A stretch of DNA of 64,000 bases from Thermoproteota archaeon (GCA_032249235.1 JAVVGF010000004.1:1-64000), one strand, 5' to 3'. Shown: positions 40,713 to 52,750, counted from the stretch's first letter. Made by a program: numbers and translations. The notes: a model not told the origin generated them from the letters alone.

Positions 40713-41756
40713 ATCTTTAAGAGAGACTTTTACAAGCCATTCGTTTATGAAAAGTCTTAGTAAGGTTTTTATTTCGATTATTCTTGCAAAATGTTTGAAT
40801 AAAATCTGAATATCTTCGTGAGGTTCTGGTTCCCTAGAAATTGCTAATAAAATTATTTCCCCTTCTTTTTTAGCAAAATTGAATATCTTAGCAATTTCAT
40901 CTTTTGATCTTTCGTAATCCCAAATTATTATTTTATCGAAAACGTTATGGAATAATTTTCTAAGTTTAGAGGCTTCTTGATAAAATATAGGAACAACAAG
41001 TCCTCTTATTTGATTTAAATCCAAATTTTCTAGTAAAGTAATGTAATTATCAAAGTCATTTTCAAAGGAATAAACCTTAATTTCTCTTTTCTTTGCAATC
41101 TCCAAAGAAATAAAAGATGAACCTGAGCAAAATTCGGCAATTAATTCATTTGATTTGATTTCATTTACTAGTTTATTTCTTTCAAATTTTAATCTAGGAT
41201 CTATAAATATTTTTTCAATATTAAATTTTATTTTAAAATCTTCATCTTGGTATATAATTTCATTTTTTTCATTCCCTAATATGATATTAGGCTTATATCC
41301 CTTATAAATTAGATTTAAATTTTTGATTTTAAAGAAATTTTCAATTCCTTTTCTTTCCATTTTTATTATATCTATAATCTCTTTTTCTATTTCTTTATCT
41401 TCTTCTGTAATTTCTAATAGTATTGCATTTTTGAAAGCTAAATATTTAATAGGTGACTTATAGAATTCTTTTTTTGATTTTATTTCTTCTAAAAGTTGTT
41501 TCTTTATTAAAAGCTTTCTTTTTTCGAGAACATGTTTTTTTTCAATTATTATTTCTCCAAATTTTCTTTCTATTTCTTTAATTTCCTCTTTATTAAGTTC
41601 CCTTTTTAAGGGAAAATAGACAATTCCTTTTTCTTTAATTGTTCGATAGTAAGGATCTAGAATACCTATTTCCTTTAAGTATTCTTTTAAATTTTCAGCT
41701 TTATCGAGAACAATGCCTATTACGTTTTTCTCTCTAAATTTTTTTTCCTCCAACAA
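40692..41756 (-). CDS. degenerate Trm5-like protein with a D1-type N-terminus
   Basis: KAE.LK..L...GILD......K....VYFPL N-domain; FIDPRL..ER; SAM motif eroded to EFCSGSSF; NLP motif replaced by WDY. Confidence 0.65.
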   Translation of the reverse strand: MLEEKKFREKNVIGIVLDKAENLKEYLKEIGILDPYYRTIKEKGIVYFPLKRELNKEEIKEIERKFGEIIIEKKHVLEKRKLLIKKQLLEEIKSKKEFYKSPIKYLAFKNAILLEITEEDKEIEKEIIDIIKMERKGIENFFKIKNLNLIYKGYKPNIILGNEKNEIIYQDEDFKIKFNIEKIFIDPRLKFERNKLVNEIKSNELIAEFCSGSSFISLEIAKKREIKVYSFENDFDNYITLLENLDLNQIRGLVVPIFYQEASKLRKLFHNVFDKIIIWDYERSKDEIAKIFNFAKKEGEIILLAISREPEPHEDIQILFKHFARIIEIKTLLRLFINEWLVKVSLKDLFERTE

Positions 41757-41830
41757 CGGGCGCTGCGGGATTTGAACCCGCGACCCTCGGGTTAAAAGCC
41801 CGATACTCTTCCTGGCTGAGCTAAGCGCCC
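41757..41830 (-). tRNA. tRNA-Lys(TTT)
   Basis: GGGCGCT/AGCGCCC acceptor stem; TCGGG-CTTTTAA-CCCGA anticodon arm. Confidence 0.95.
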
Positions 41831-41941
41831 TCTACTTATGCTTTATCAAAGAGGATATTTATAAGAATTTTTTCATTTTTTCTTCAAGAATAGAGTTAAT
41901 TTTTTAAGTAAGTTAAGGGATAGATATATTACAATTTTAGG

Positions 41942-42199
41942 ATGGCTAAGAAGAAAGATTTTGATATTTTGGAGCATGAACTTGTCCCTAGGCATATAAT
42001 TTTGACAAAAGAAGAAGCTAAAAAACTTTTAAAGAAACTAAACATAAGTCCATATCAATTACCTTGGATTAATGAATCTGATCCTGTATGTAAAAGAATA
42101 GGTGCAAAACCTGGCGATATAATAAAAATAATAAGAAAAAGTCCTACAGCTGGTGAGGCTGTTTTTTATCGCTTTGTAGTTCCTAAGTGGGTGAAATGA
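41942..42199 (+). CDS. rpoH: RNA polymerase subunit Rpo5 (H)
   Basis: HELVP.H, QLPWI..SDP, GAKPGD, RKSPTAG. Confidence 0.97.
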   Translation: MAKKKDFDILEHELVPRHIILTKEEAKKLLKKLNISPYQLPWINESDPVCKRIGAKPGDIIKIIRKSPTAGEAVFYRFVVPKWVK

Positions 42200-45100
42200 C
42201 CAAACAAGAAGTTACTACTGAAGATTTTTGGGTTCTTGTAGAAAGTTTTGTAAAAGAAAGAGGACTTGCAAGATTACATTTAGATTCTTATAACGAATTC
42301 ATTAAAAGAGGTCTTCAACAAATCGTTGATGAAATCAAAGTAATTGAAGCTCCTTCAAGTGTTCGAGGATATTATATTCAACTCGGCACAATAAAGGTTG
42401 GGGAACCTAGAATAAAAGAAGCTAGAGGCTTTGAAACTAAAGTTACTCCAAACGAATGTAGATTAAGAGGACTAACATATTCAGCACCTTTGTTACTTGA
42501 GATGACTTTATTCGTAGATAATGAACCAATTAGTACAGCAACTGTTGAAATAGGAGATATACCTGTAATGGTTAAGTCGGATATTTGTTATCTTTCAAAA
42601 ATGACTAGAGAAGAATTAATAAAGGCAGGGGAAGATCCTGATGATCCAGGAGGATATTTCATAATAAACGGTACAGAAAGGGTAATTGTAGCACAAGAAG
42701 ACCTTGCAGAAAATAGAATACTCGTAGATACTGCACCAAAGGGTTCAGCAGCTACACATATAGCAAAAGTAATTTCAGCTATTCCAGGTCAACGCTCTTC
42801 TGTAATGGTAGAAAGATATAAAGATGGTTCATTATGGGTTTCATTTTCTGCAATACCTGGAAAACTTCCTTTATTTGTATTGATGAGAGCTTTAGGTGTT
42901 ACTTCTGATCAAGAAATTTTCAATGCGGTATCTAGAGATGAAAATGTATGGAGAGAATTGTATATTTCCTCACTCCAATCAGAAAAAGTTAAAAGCACTG
43001 AAGAAGCTCTTGAATATATTGGTAATAGAGTCGCTCCTGGAAGCCCCTTAGAAAAAAGAAAGGAAAGGGCTCAGCAAGTTCTAGATAAAAACTTATTACC
43101 TCACTTAGGAATGATACCTCAGGCAAGAATAAAGAAAGCTTATTATCTTGCACAAATGGCCGGTGCTGTTATTGAAGCATATCTAGGATTAAGACCTTTG
43201 GATGACAAAGATCATTACAAGAATAAACGTTTGAAGCTTGCAGGCGATATGATGGCTACATTATTTAGGAGCGTTTTCAAAGCTTTTGTAACGGATGTAG
43301 CATATCAATTGGATAAATCGATAACTAAAAGAAGGGAAATAGAAATAACTGCCCTTGTTCGCTCAGATATAATCACAGAAAAGATTATCTATGCATTAGC
43401 TACTGGTAATTGGGTTGGAGGTAAAACTGGTGTAAGCCAACTATTAGATAGAACAAATTATCTCTCAACGTTGAGCCATTTAAGGAGAGTTATATCTCCT
43501 TTGAGTAGAACTCAGCCAAACTTTGAAGCAAGAGATTTGCATCCAACTCAATGGGGAAGGATTTGTCCTGTAGAGACTCCTGAAGGTCCTAACTGTGGTT
43601 TAGTTAAAAATCTAGCACTAATGGCTACAATATCTGTTGGGGGTTATAGAGAAGAGGTCAAAAACTATCTCTTAACGAGCTTAAAGGTATCTACGAAGCC
43701 TACAAAAGAAAAATTCTCTGTAGTTTACTTAGATGGAGAGTTGATTGGTTATCATGAAGATCCTGATAAGTTAGTAGAGACGATTAGGAAGCTTAGAAGG
43801 AAAAAAGTTTTACCTTATGAGTTAAGCGTTGCTTTGTATGATAAACCGACTGGAAAAGAAGTCAGAATAAACACCGATGCTGGTCGTGTATTAAGACCTT
43901 TATTACTTGTTGAAAAAGGTAAGCTTAAAATAACGAAAGAAATCATCAACAAGGTAAAAGAAGGAACTTTAACATGGAGTGATCTAGTAGGAGAATATAT
44001 TGAATATCTCGATGCTGAAGAAGAAGAAAATGCATATATTTGTGTAAACATCAAGGATCTAACACCAGAGCATACCCATTTAGAATTCCCGCCTGCTACA
44101 ATGTTTGGAATTGTTGCATCAGTAATTCCTTATGCTGAACATAACCATTCACCTAGAAATACGTTTGAAGCTGCTATGGGAAAACAAGCTTTAGGCTTAC
44201 CTTTCTTGAATTTCTTCAATAGAGCTGATTCGCGTGCACACCTACTACATTATCCTCAAGTCCCGTTGGTCTTGACAAAGACGATGAAAATAAGCGGTGT
44301 CCTTAATAGACCATTTGGTCAGAACATGGTCGTAGCAGTTTTAGCTTATACAGGTTATAACATACAAGATGCAGTAATAATAAATAAAGGCTCTGTAGAT
44401 AGAGGTCTTGCAAGATCCACGTTCATTAGATTGTATGAAACTGAAGAAAGGAGATATCCTGGAGGAGCTCAAGATAGAATAGAGATACCTCAGCAAGGTA
44501 TTAAAGGTTATTATGCACCAGAATTTTATGCTAAGCTTGAAGAAGATGGCGTTATAATACCTGAAGTAGAAGTAAAGGGCGGAGAAATTCTAATAGGGAA
44601 AACAAGTCCTCCTAGATTTGCTGAAGAATTTAAAGCAGTAGAAGCTTCTTTGAATAGAAGAGATACGTCTGTAATGTTGAGGCATGAAGAAAAAGGGATT
44701 GTGGATAGAGTTTTCTTAACAAATACTATTGATGATAATGTTTTAGCAAGAGTTAAAGTAAGGGATTATAGAATTGCTGAAATAGGTGATAAGTTTGCTT
44801 CGAGACATGGTCAAAAAGGTGTTATAGGAATTTTATTACCTCACGAAGACATGCCTTTCACAGAAGATGGCATTGTTCCTGATTTGATCATAAATCCGCA
44901 TGCAATACCTTCAAGAATGACTGTAGGTCAACTTTTGGAATCTATAGCTGGAAAATATGCAGCTCTTAAAGGTAAGTTTGTTGACGCAACACCTTTTGAA
45001 GGAGATGATGTTGAAGCAATAAAGAGAGAATTAGAAAAGTATGGCTTCAAATCAACAGGTAAAGAAGTGCTCTACAATGGTATAACAGGAGAAAAAATGG

Positions 45101-45534
45101 TAGCTGAAGTTTTCATAGGTATTACATATTATCAAAAGTTGCATCATATGGTAAGCGATAAAATCCATGTAAGAGCAAGAGGACCTGTTCAAATTTTGAC
45201 TAGACAACCTACAGAAGGAAGAGCAAGAGAAGGAGGACTTAGATTTGGAGAAATGGAGAGAGATTGCTTAATCGGTTATGGTTCCGCATTTGTATTACAG
45301 GATATATTGCTTGATATGTCAGATCCAACATACATATACGTATGCAAGAAATGCAATGCGATGGCCTACTATGATGCAAAGAAAAATACCACGGTTTGCT
45401 ACTTCTGCGGTCCTCATAGAGATATTGTAAAGGTTAAAACAACTTATGCTTTCACAGTATTATTGAAGGAGCTCATGAGTATGTGCATTCATCCTAGAAT
45501 ATTATTAGAAGAGAAGATTGAGAGATGGTCTTAA
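42196..45534 (+). CDS. rpoB: RNA polymerase subunit Rpo2 (B), unsplit
   Basis: GGYFIINGTERV, ETPEG.NCGLVKN, GDKFASRHGQKG, GGLRFGEMERD; likely start ATG 42196. Confidence 0.98.
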   Translation: MTKQEVTTEDFWVLVESFVKERGLARLHLDSYNEFIKRGLQQIVDEIKVIEAPSSVRGYYIQLGTIKVGEPRIKEARGFETKVTPNECRLRGLTYSAPLLLEMTLFVDNEPISTATVEIGDIPVMVKSDICYLSKMTREELIKAGEDPDDPGGYFIINGTERVIVAQEDLAENRILVDTAPKGSAATHIAKVISAIPGQRSSVMVERYKDGSLWVSFSAIPGKLPLFVLMRALGVTSDQEIFNAVSRDENVWRELYISSLQSEKVKSTEEALEYIGNRVAPGSPLEKRKERAQQVLDKNLLPHLGMIPQARIKKAYYLAQMAGAVIEAYLGLRPLDDKDHYKNKRLKLAGDMMATLFRSVFKAFVTDVAYQLDKSITKRREIEITALVRSDIITEKIIYALATGNWVGGKTGVSQLLDRTNYLSTLSHLRRVISPLSRTQPNFEARDLHPTQWGRICPVETPEGPNCGLVKNLALMATISVGGYREEVKNYLLTSLKVSTKPTKEKFSVVYLDGELIGYHEDPDKLVETIRKLRRKKVLPYELSVALYDKPTGKEVRINTDAGRVLRPLLLVEKGKLKITKEIINKVKEGTLTWSDLVGEYIEYLDAEEEENAYICVNIKDLTPEHTHLEFPPATMFGIVASVIPYAEHNHSPRNTFEAAMGKQALGLPFLNFFNRADSRAHLLHYPQVPLVLTKTMKISGVLNRPFGQNMVVAVLAYTGYNIQDAVIINKGSVDRGLARSTFIRLYETEERRYPGGAQDRIEIPQQGIKGYYAPEFYAKLEEDGVIIPEVEVKGGEILIGKTSPPRFAEEFKAVEASLNRRDTSVMLRHEEKGIVDRVFLTNTIDDNVLARVKVRDYRIAEIGDKFASRHGQKGVIGILLPHEDMPFTEDGIVPDLIINPHAIPSRMTVGQLLESIAGKYAALKGKFVDATPFEGDDVEAIKRELEKYGFKSTGKEVLYNGITGEKMVAEVFIGITYYQKLHHMVSDKIHVRARGPVQILTRQPTEGRAREGGLRFGEMERDCLIGYGSAFVLQDILLDMSDPTYIYVCKKCNAMAYYDAKKNTTVCYFCGPHRDIVKVKTTYAFTVLLKELMSMCIHPRILLEEKIERWS

Positions 45535-48116
45535 GAGAAGAATCTGAATACGTAATAAAAGGCATAAAATTCAGCATATTATCTCCAGATGAAATAAGAA
45601 AACTTTCTGTTGTAGGAATAACTGTTCCTGATACTTATGATGAAGAATGGACACCTATACCTTTCGGCTTAATGGATAGCAGATTGGGAACAATTGAACC
45701 ATTACAAAGTTGTGCTACTTGCGGTGAAAGAATGGAATCATGTCCAGGTCATTTTGGAAGAATTGAGCTTGTTAGACCTGTAATACATGTAGGTTTCATT
45801 AAAAACATATATCAAGCTTTGCAAGCAACTTGCGTTGAATGTAAAAGAATTCTATTAAAGAAGGAAACAATCGAAAAAGTGAACAAAATGATAAATAAGT
45901 ATGCTGAAAGAAATCAATACTTCTTCGTAAATCTTTTAATTAATCTCTCTTTAAAGAAAGCATCAAAAACAGAAGTATGTCCTCACTGTAAGACTCCTCA
46001 GCCCAAGATTAAGTTTGAAAGACCTTTCAACTTTTATGAAGAAAGTGAAAAAGGTACAAGGATCTTAACGCCTTATGATATTTATGAGAGATTCAAGCAA
46101 ATACCTGATAGCGATGCTACTTTATTAGGTTTTGTTCCTCCAAGTAGACCTGAATATACGATATTATTTGTATTGCCTGTTCCTCCAATAAGCATTCGTC
46201 CTTCAATTACTTTAGAAACGGGAGAAAGATCAGAAGATGATTTAACTCATAAATTAGGCGATATAGTAAGGACGAACGAAAAGCTGAAGCAAAGCATTGA
46301 TTCAGGTTCACCGCAATTAATAATTGATGAGCATTGGAATTTATTACAATTCCACGTCGCAACTTATATCGATAACGAAATCGCAGGTTTAGCTCAATCT
46401 GTTCACAGATCAGGTAGACCTTTAAAGACTTTAGCTCAAAGACTTAAAGGGAAGGAAGGAAGATTCAGAAACAATCTTTCAGGAAAAAGAGTTAATTTCT
46501 CTACTAGAACTGTAATTTCTCCTGATCCTTTCATAAGTATAAATGAAGTAGGAATACCATATGAAGCTGCATTAAAATTAACTATTCCTGAAGCCGTTAC
46601 AAGCTGGAATATAGAAAGATTGAGGAAAGCAGTAATGAATGGTACAGAAGTTCATCCTGGAGCAAATTATGTAATAAGACCTGATGGGAGGCAAATTGAT
46701 TTGAGATTCGTAAAAGATAGAACTCAATTGGCTCAGCAATTAGGTCCTGGCTGGATTGTAGAAAGGCATTTGCTAGATGGCGAGCTTGTAGTTTTTAATA
46801 GACAACCTTCTTTACACAGAATTTCAGTTATGGCTCATAGAATTAAAGTCCTTCCTGGAAAGACTTTAAGAATAAATCCAATGGTATGCCCACCATATAA
46901 TGCAGATTTCGATGGAGATGAAATGAATTTATTCGTTCCTCAATCTCCTGAAGCGAGAGCTGAACTTGAAGAAATTATGGTTGTAGAAAAGCAAATACAA
47001 ACTCCAAGATATGGTGGCTCAATTATAGGAGCTTTGCATGATTATATAACTTCAGCTTATCTTTTGACTAGGAAAGGTACGAGATTAAACAAGTTCGTTG
47101 CTGCCTTCGTGATGGGAATGGGAGAATATAAAGGAGAGGTTAAGACAAATGGAAGAGAAATATTCGAATCTTTCTTACCTGAAATAGATTATGAGAATAA
47201 ACCTCTAGCGGCTTTCGAGGAAGAAGATAAACAACTAATTATAAAGAAAGGAAAAATAATAAGAGGGGTTATCGATCATAATGCAATAGGAGATCAAAAA
47301 ACTAAAACGTTAATTTCTAAGATATTCTTTAAATATGGACCAAAAGCAACTGCTGATTTCTTAGATAAAGCCGGAAAAATGCTTCTCGGTTTCTTAGATC
47401 ATTATGGTTTCAGCATAGGTTTGGATGATTTACATCTAGATGAAGATGTTTATAGAAAAATCGATGAACTCATAGCTAAGCATTTTGAAAAGGTAAACGA
47501 ATATATCGAGAAATATTTCAAAGGCGAATTAGAAAGAGAACCAGGTGCTACATTAGAGGAAACTCTTGAACAAAAAATAATGGATGAATTAAATCTTGCG
47601 AGAGATGAAGCTGGAAAATTTGTAGAAGGCTTCTTTTCAAGAGACAATTCTATATTGATAACTGCAAAGACTGGTGCAAGAGGTAAAATGCTTAATCTTT
47701 TCCACATGACTGCATGCATTGGTCAGCAAGCATTGAGAGGAAAAAGAATTAATAGAGGTTATGAAAACAGAACATTGCCCCACTTCAAAAAAGGCGATAT
47801 ATCACCTGCAGCAAGAGGTTTCATCAAAAGCAACTATGTAAAAGGCTTATCTCCAATAGAATTCTTCTTCCATGCTGTTTCTGGAAGAGAAGGATTAGTA
47901 GATACTGCTGTTAGGACTTCACAAAGCGGATACATGCAAAGAAGGCTCATAAATGCACTATTAGATTTGCATGTTGAATATGATGGCACAGTAAGAGATA
48001 GTGAAGGTAACATTGTTCAATTCAAATACGGTGAAGATGGAATTGATCCTAGCAAGAGTTATGGTCATGATCCGATTGATTTAGATGGTATTATTAGAGA
48101 GGTGTTAGAAGAATGA
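45525..48116 (+). CDS. rpoA1: RNA polymerase subunit Rpo1N (A')
   Basis: [27 protein letters not shown]. Confidence 0.98.
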   Translation: MVLREESEYVIKGIKFSILSPDEIRKLSVVGITVPDTYDEEWTPIPFGLMDSRLGTIEPLQSCATCGERMESCPGHFGRIELVRPVIHVGFIKNIYQALQATCVECKRILLKKETIEKVNKMINKYAERNQYFFVNLLINLSLKKASKTEVCPHCKTPQPKIKFERPFNFYEESEKGTRILTPYDIYERFKQIPDSDATLLGFVPPSRPEYTILFVLPVPPISIRPSITLETGERSEDDLTHKLGDIVRTNEKLKQSIDSGSPQLIIDEHWNLLQFHVATYIDNEIAGLAQSVHRSGRPLKTLAQRLKGKEGRFRNNLSGKRVNFSTRTVISPDPFISINEVGIPYEAALKLTIPEAVTSWNIERLRKAVMNGTEVHPGANYVIRPDGRQIDLRFVKDRTQLAQQLGPGWIVERHLLDGELVVFNRQPSLHRISVMAHRIKVLPGKTLRINPMVCPPYNADFDGDEMNLFVPQSPEARAELEEIMVVEKQIQTPRYGGSIIGALHDYITSAYLLTRKGTRLNKFVAAFVMGMGEYKGEVKTNGREIFESFLPEIDYENKPLAAFEEEDKQLIIKKGKIIRGVIDHNAIGDQKTKTLISKIFFKYGPKATADFLDKAGKMLLGFLDHYGFSIGLDDLHLDEDVYRKIDELIAKHFEKVNEYIEKYFKGELEREPGATLEETLEQKIMDELNLARDEAGKFVEGFFSRDNSILITAKTGARGKMLNLFHMTACIGQQALRGKRINRGYENRTLPHFKKGDISPAARGFIKSNYVKGLSPIEFFFHAVSGREGLVDTAVRTSQSGYMQRRLINALLDLHVEYDGTVRDSEGNIVQFKYGEDGIDPSKSYGHDPIDLDGIIREVLEE

Positions 48117-49330
48117 ATTTACCAAGCTATTTAGTTGAGAAGCTTAATAAAAGTGGTGTTTCAAAAAGCGTAATACTTGCTCTTGAAGAAAAATTAAGCA
48201 AATATGGTAAGATAAGTGAAAAGAAGCTTGAAGAAATAGTAGATAAAGTAGTTGAAAATTACAGAAGAGCTTTAGTAGAACCAGGTGAAAACGTTGGGGT
48301 TGTTGCAGCTCAATCAGTAGGAGAACCAGGCACACAAATGACTTTAAGAACTTTTCACTTCGTTGGAGTCAAAGAGTTAAATGTAACTCTAGGTCTTCCA
48401 AGATTAATAGAGATATTTGATGCACGTAGTAAACCTACAACACCGACGATGATAATACCTTTAGAGAAGAAATATGCTAAAGATAGAGAAAAAGCCTATG
48501 AAATTGCAATAAAATTAGAAGAATTATTAGTCGAGGATATTGTTGAAGTTTCAAGCATTGATTTAGTTAACAATGAAATAATATTTGAATTAAATGCGAA
48601 TCTGTTAAAGAGTAGGAATATAAATACAGACGAATTGAAGGAAATAATATCTTCGAAGGTAAAATCTATCGAAGTAAAAATTTCTGGCGGTAAAAAAGGA
48701 GCTCCTTTGATTATGCAAATAAAATCTAAGAGAGAGCTAACAATACAACAATTGAATAAGCTGAAAGATAGAATACTTAAAGTTAGAATAAAAGGTGTTC
48801 CTAAAATTAGGAGAACAGTTATAAGAAAAGTCGATTTAGGGAATGGAGATTATGAATACGTAATTGCAACTGAAGGTTCAAACTTAAAGGACATCTTAAG
48901 TATTGAAGGTATAGATAAAAGAAGAGTTTATACTAATGATATTTTCGAAGTATATAGTATATTAGGAATAGAAGCTGCAAGGGAAGTCATAATAAGAGAA
49001 GCAATGCGAGTACTTGAAGATCAAGGTTTGGATGTGAATATAAGGCATGTCATGTTAATAGCAGATGCGATGACAAGAACTGGTAGAATAAAGCAAATAG
49101 GCAGGCATGGCATTGTAGGAGACAAAGCGAGTGTTTTGGCAAAGGCTGCTTTTGAACTTACAACGAAGCACTTGTATGATGCTTCAGCTAGAGCAGCGGT
49201 GGATCATATATTGGGAAATGCAGAAAGCATAATTACTGGACAGCCAATAAGAAGCGGTACAGGTCATATAAAAGTTTATTTAGACCTTTGGAAACTACTT
49301 GGTAAGTCGGAGAATGGTGGATCTAGCTAA
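48113..49330 (+). CDS. rpoA2: RNA polymerase subunit Rpo1C (A'')
   Basis: [32 protein letters not shown]. Confidence 0.98.
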   Translation: MNLPSYLVEKLNKSGVSKSVILALEEKLSKYGKISEKKLEEIVDKVVENYRRALVEPGENVGVVAAQSVGEPGTQMTLRTFHFVGVKELNVTLGLPRLIEIFDARSKPTTPTMIIPLEKKYAKDREKAYEIAIKLEELLVEDIVEVSSIDLVNNEIIFELNANLLKSRNINTDELKEIISSKVKSIEVKISGGKKGAPLIMQIKSKRELTIQQLNKLKDRILKVRIKGVPKIRRTVIRKVDLGNGDYEYVIATEGSNLKDILSIEGIDKRRVYTNDIFEVYSILGIEAAREVIIREAMRVLEDQGLDVNIRHVMLIADAMTRTGRIKQIGRHGIVGDKASVLAKAAFELTTKHLYDASARAAVDHILGNAESIITGQPIRSGTGHIKVYLDLWKLLGKSENGGSS

Positions 49331-49619
49331 GGAATTACCTTTACTTTTTAAGACGGGTAAAGTAGTTTATGGTTACAAAGAAGTGATTAATGTATTGTAT
49401 CATGGCAAAGTGAATGGTGTAATCATAGCCTCGAAAATACCGAAAGAAATTTTCGATAAATTAACTTATTATTGCAAACTCGCTAATGTTCCATACTATA
49501 TTTTTGAAGGAAGCAGTGCTGAATTGGGAAAGCTATGCGGGAAAAATTTCGTAATAAGTTCAATAGCTATTTTAAATGCCGGCGAATCGAGCATTCTAGA
49601 TTTATTTAAGAATGAATGA
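49314..49619 (+). CDS. rpl30e: 50S ribosomal protein L30e
   Basis: KTGKV..G, ELG..CGK, GES.IL. Confidence 0.94.
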   Translation: MVDLAKELPLLFKTGKVVYGYKEVINVLYHGKVNGVIIASKIPKEIFDKLTYYCKLANVPYYIFEGSSAELGKLCGKNFVISSIAILNAGESSILDLFKNE

Positions 49620-50049
49620 AGGAATAAAATTAAGTAATAGAGAACTAGAGTTCATAAATCTATTTGAATTAATATCTTCTGTCAAAGTGAAAGACTGCAT
49701 TATAGATGAAAAATTTAATAGAGCAATATTCTTAGTAGAACCAACACAGGTAGGAATCGCAATAGGTAAAGGAGGAGAAAAAATAAACGCTTTCAAAAAG
49801 CTTTCTTCAATAGATGCCGAAATTGTTCCTTATTATGAAGATTTAGAAAAGATGGCTAGAGGATGCTTTATGCCTTTCGAAATTAAAGATGTAAAAATTA
49901 CCCAGAATAGCAAAGGTGAAAAAATTTTACTTGTCTACGTAGATCCTGCAACTAAAGCAAAGGTAATAGGTGCTTCAGGTAGGAATGTTGTAAGAGCAAG
50001 GCTTATCCTTCAAAGATATTTTGGAATAAAAAATGTCATTGTTGTTTAA
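49612..50049 (+). CDS. nusA: archaeal NusA
   Basis: Two KH domains (AIGKGG, IG..GRNV); conserved position. Confidence 0.93.
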   Translation: MNEGIKLSNRELEFINLFELISSVKVKDCIIDEKFNRAIFLVEPTQVGIAIGKGGEKINAFKKLSSIDAEIVPYYEDLEKMARGCFMPFEIKDVKITQNSKGEKILLVYVDPATKAKVIGASGRNVVRARLILQRYFGIKNVIVV

Positions 50050-50084
50050 AAAAATTAATAAGTCGATATATAGAGAGTTGAAAT

Positions 50085-50522
50085 ATGGGTAAATCACCTG
50101 CAGGCTTATATGCGGCTCGTAAGCTAGTTAAGAAAAGACAAAAATTTAGATGGAGTAAGATAACTTACAAAAGAAGAGTTCTAAGATTAAAAGAAAAATT
50201 CGATCCTCTTGAAGGAGCTCCACAAGCAAGGGGTATAGTTATAGAAAAAGTAGGTGTTGAATCAAGACAACCTAACTCTGCTGTTAGAAAATGCGTAAGA
50301 GTTCAGCTAGTTAAGAATGGTAAGCAAATAACAGCTTTCGTTCCTAAAGATGGCGCTCTCAATATAATTAGTGAGCATGATGAAGTTATTGTTGAAGGAA
50401 TAGGAGGTCCTCAAGGAAGAGCATATGGAGACTTACCGGGAGTGAGATGGAAGGTTGTAAAAGTAAACGGTGTCGCATTAAGTGAAATATTAAAAGGTAA
50501 AAAACAAAAACCACAGAGATGA
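50085..50522 (+). CDS. rps12: 30S ribosomal protein S12
   Basis: [21 protein letters not shown]. Confidence 0.98.
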   Translation: MGKSPAGLYAARKLVKKRQKFRWSKITYKRRVLRLKEKFDPLEGAPQARGIVIEKVGVESRQPNSAVRKCVRVQLVKNGKQITAFVPKDGALNIISEHDEVIVEGIGGPQGRAYGDLPGVRWKVVKVNGVALSEILKGKKQKPQR

Positions 50523-51103
50523 GCCAAATAGTAAACCAGCCTAAAATTCTAGTATTTGGTAAATGGAGTACAGATAATATTGTTATTAACGATCCTGCAC
50601 TTAGAAGATACATTTGTCTTAAACCGATGCATGCCCCACATTTAGCTGGCAGATATGCAAATAAGCGCTTTGGAAAAAGTGAAGTACCAATATATGAAAG
50701 ACTTGCAAATCATTTAATGAAAAAAGGAAGAAATCAAGGTAAAAAACTGAAAGCATTGAACATCGTAAGAAAAGCTTTTACAATAATTGAAAGTAGAACT
50801 AAAGAAAATCCTATACAAATTTTAGTTAGAGCTATTGAAAATGCTTCACCTAGAGAAGAGACAACAAGAATATTGCTAGGAGGTATAGTTTACCATGTTG
50901 CAGTCGATAGTGCACCTCAAAGAAGAGTTGATTTAGCATTGAGATGGATTTGTGAAGGAGCAAGATTATCTTCCTTTAATAATCCTAAGCCTATTGAAGA
51001 ATCTTTAGCAGATGAATTAATTTTAGCGGCAAATAACGATAGTAGATCTTATGCGATTAGGAAAAAAGAAGAAGTTGAAAGAATTGCCCTTGCATCACGT
51101 TAA
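50519..51103 (+). CDS. rps7: 30S ribosomal protein S7
   Basis: NP.Q.L..AI.N..PREE, AVD..PQRRVD, ERIA..SR. Confidence 0.98.
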   Translation: MSQIVNQPKILVFGKWSTDNIVINDPALRRYICLKPMHAPHLAGRYANKRFGKSEVPIYERLANHLMKKGRNQGKKLKALNIVRKAFTIIESRTKENPIQILVRAIENASPREETTRILLGGIVYHVAVDSAPQRRVDLALRWICEGARLSSFNNPKPIEESLADELILAANNDSRSYAIRKKEEVERIALASR

Positions 51104-51146
51104 AAATTTATAAATAGATAAAAACAAATAATCAATACGTTCGCTC

Positions 51147-52442
51147 ATGGCGGAGAAAAAACCACATTTGAATTTGATAGTGGCAGGACATGTAGATCAT
51201 GGAAAATCAACTACTACAGGCCACATACTAACTCTTTTAGGTGTAGTGGATAAAAAGAGACTTGCAGAATTAGAAGAAGAAGCGAAGAAAAGAGGAAAAG
51301 AATTCGCGAAATATGCTTGGATCTTAGATACATATAAAGAAGAAAGGGAAAGAGATATGACGATAGATCTTACTTTCTTGAAATTCGAAACCAAAAAATA
51401 TTTCTTCACAATAATCGATGCTCCAGGTCATAGAGATTTCGTTAAAAACATGGTAACAGGTGCTTCGCAAGCTGATGCTGCATTATTAGTCGTTTCAGCA
51501 AAGAAGGGAGAATTTGAAGCTGGAATAGGAGCAACAGGACAAACAAGGGAACACGCTTTCTTATTGAGGACAATGGGAGTAAATCAAATAATCGTAGCTA
51601 TTAATAAAATGGACGATCCTTCAGTGAATTGGAGCAAAGAAAGATTTGAAGAAGTAAGGAAAGGCATTCTTGATCTTTTAAGACAAGTAGGTTATCCAGT
51701 TGAAAAAATTAGAGTAATTCCAATTTCAGCATGGTATGGTGATAATTTAGTAGAAAGAAGTAGCAATACTCCATGGTATAATGGACCTACTTTGGCTGAA
51801 GCATTCGATGAATTAGTTGTTCCTCCTAGACCTGTAGATAAACCTTTAAGGATACCTGTTGAAGCTGTATATTCAATAACTGGAGTAGGAACTGTTCCTG
51901 TCGGAAAAGTAGAAACAGGCAGACTAAGAGTAGGAGATGTTGTTGTAGTCATGCCCAGTGGTAAGAAAGGCGAAGTTAGATCTATAGAGACCCATCATAC
52001 ACCAATACAAGAAGCCATTCCTGGAGATAATATAGGTTTCAACGTTAAAGGTCTAGAAAAAACAGATGTAAAAAGAGGAGATGTTTTCGGCCCTGTCGAT
52101 AATCCTCCTACAGTTGCTAGTGCAGTTATCGCTAGAATATTCGTAATCTATCATCCTACATCAATAGCAGTAGGCTATACTCCTGTTATGCATATTCACA
52201 CAGCTACAGGGCCTGTTAAATTTGAAGAAATTCAAAAGAAATTAGATCCAAGAACAGGCTCAACTATAGAGGAGAATCCTAAGTTCATTAAACAAGGAGA
52301 TGCTGCAATAGTTAAATTAAGACCAATAAAGCCTATGATAATCGAAAAATATTCAGATTTTCCAGGTCTTGGTAGATTTGCTATTAGAGATATGGGTAGG
52401 ACTATTGCTGCAGGAGTTGTTCTAGACGTAATTAAAGCATAA
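51147..52442 (+). CDS. tuf: translation elongation factor EF-1 alpha
   Basis: GHVDHGKST, DAPGHRDF, NKMD, GRFAIRDMG. Confidence 0.98.
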   Translation: MAEKKPHLNLIVAGHVDHGKSTTTGHILTLLGVVDKKRLAELEEEAKKRGKEFAKYAWILDTYKEERERDMTIDLTFLKFETKKYFFTIIDAPGHRDFVKNMVTGASQADAALLVVSAKKGEFEAGIGATGQTREHAFLLRTMGVNQIIVAINKMDDPSVNWSKERFEEVRKGILDLLRQVGYPVEKIRVIPISAWYGDNLVERSSNTPWYNGPTLAEAFDELVVPPRPVDKPLRIPVEAVYSITGVGTVPVGKVETGRLRVGDVVVVMPSGKKGEVRSIETHHTPIQEAIPGDNIGFNVKGLEKTDVKRGDVFGPVDNPPTVASAVIARIFVIYHPTSIAVGYTPVMHIHTATGPVKFEEIQKKLDPRTGSTIEENPKFIKQGDAAIVKLRPIKPMIIEKYSDFPGLGRFAIRDMGRTIAAGVVLDVIKA

Positions 52443-52750
52443 TGCCAAGAGTAGCGCGGATATATCTCTCTGCAACAAACATTAGCGATCTAGAAAGTGT
52501 CGTCAATGAAATAAAAACAATTGCTGATTCACAAAATGCAAGATTAGCAGGTCCTGTTCCATTGCCTACAAAAAGATTAAGAGTTGTAACCAGGAAAACT
52601 CCTTGCGGCGATGGAACGCATACTTTTGATAGATGGGAACTAAGAATACATAAAAGAATAATAGATGTCATTGCTTCAGAAAACGTGATGAGACAGTTAG
52701 CAAGAATAAAAGTACCACCATCCGTTAGGATTTCTATCAACATTAGATAA
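52442..52750 (+). CDS. rps10: 30S ribosomal protein S10
   Basis: GPVPLPT, RKTPCG.G..TFD.WE..IHKR. Confidence 0.98.
   Translation: MPRVARIYLSATNISDLESVVNEIKTIADSQNARLAGPVPLPTKRLRVVTRKTPCGDGTHTFDRWELRIHKRIIDVIASENVMRQLARIKVPPSVRISINIR

Noticed and set aside
51103-51147. EF-2 missing between S7 and EF-1a; aIF1 missing between L29 and Rpp29
   Set aside because: This arrangement is already common in Thermoproteota
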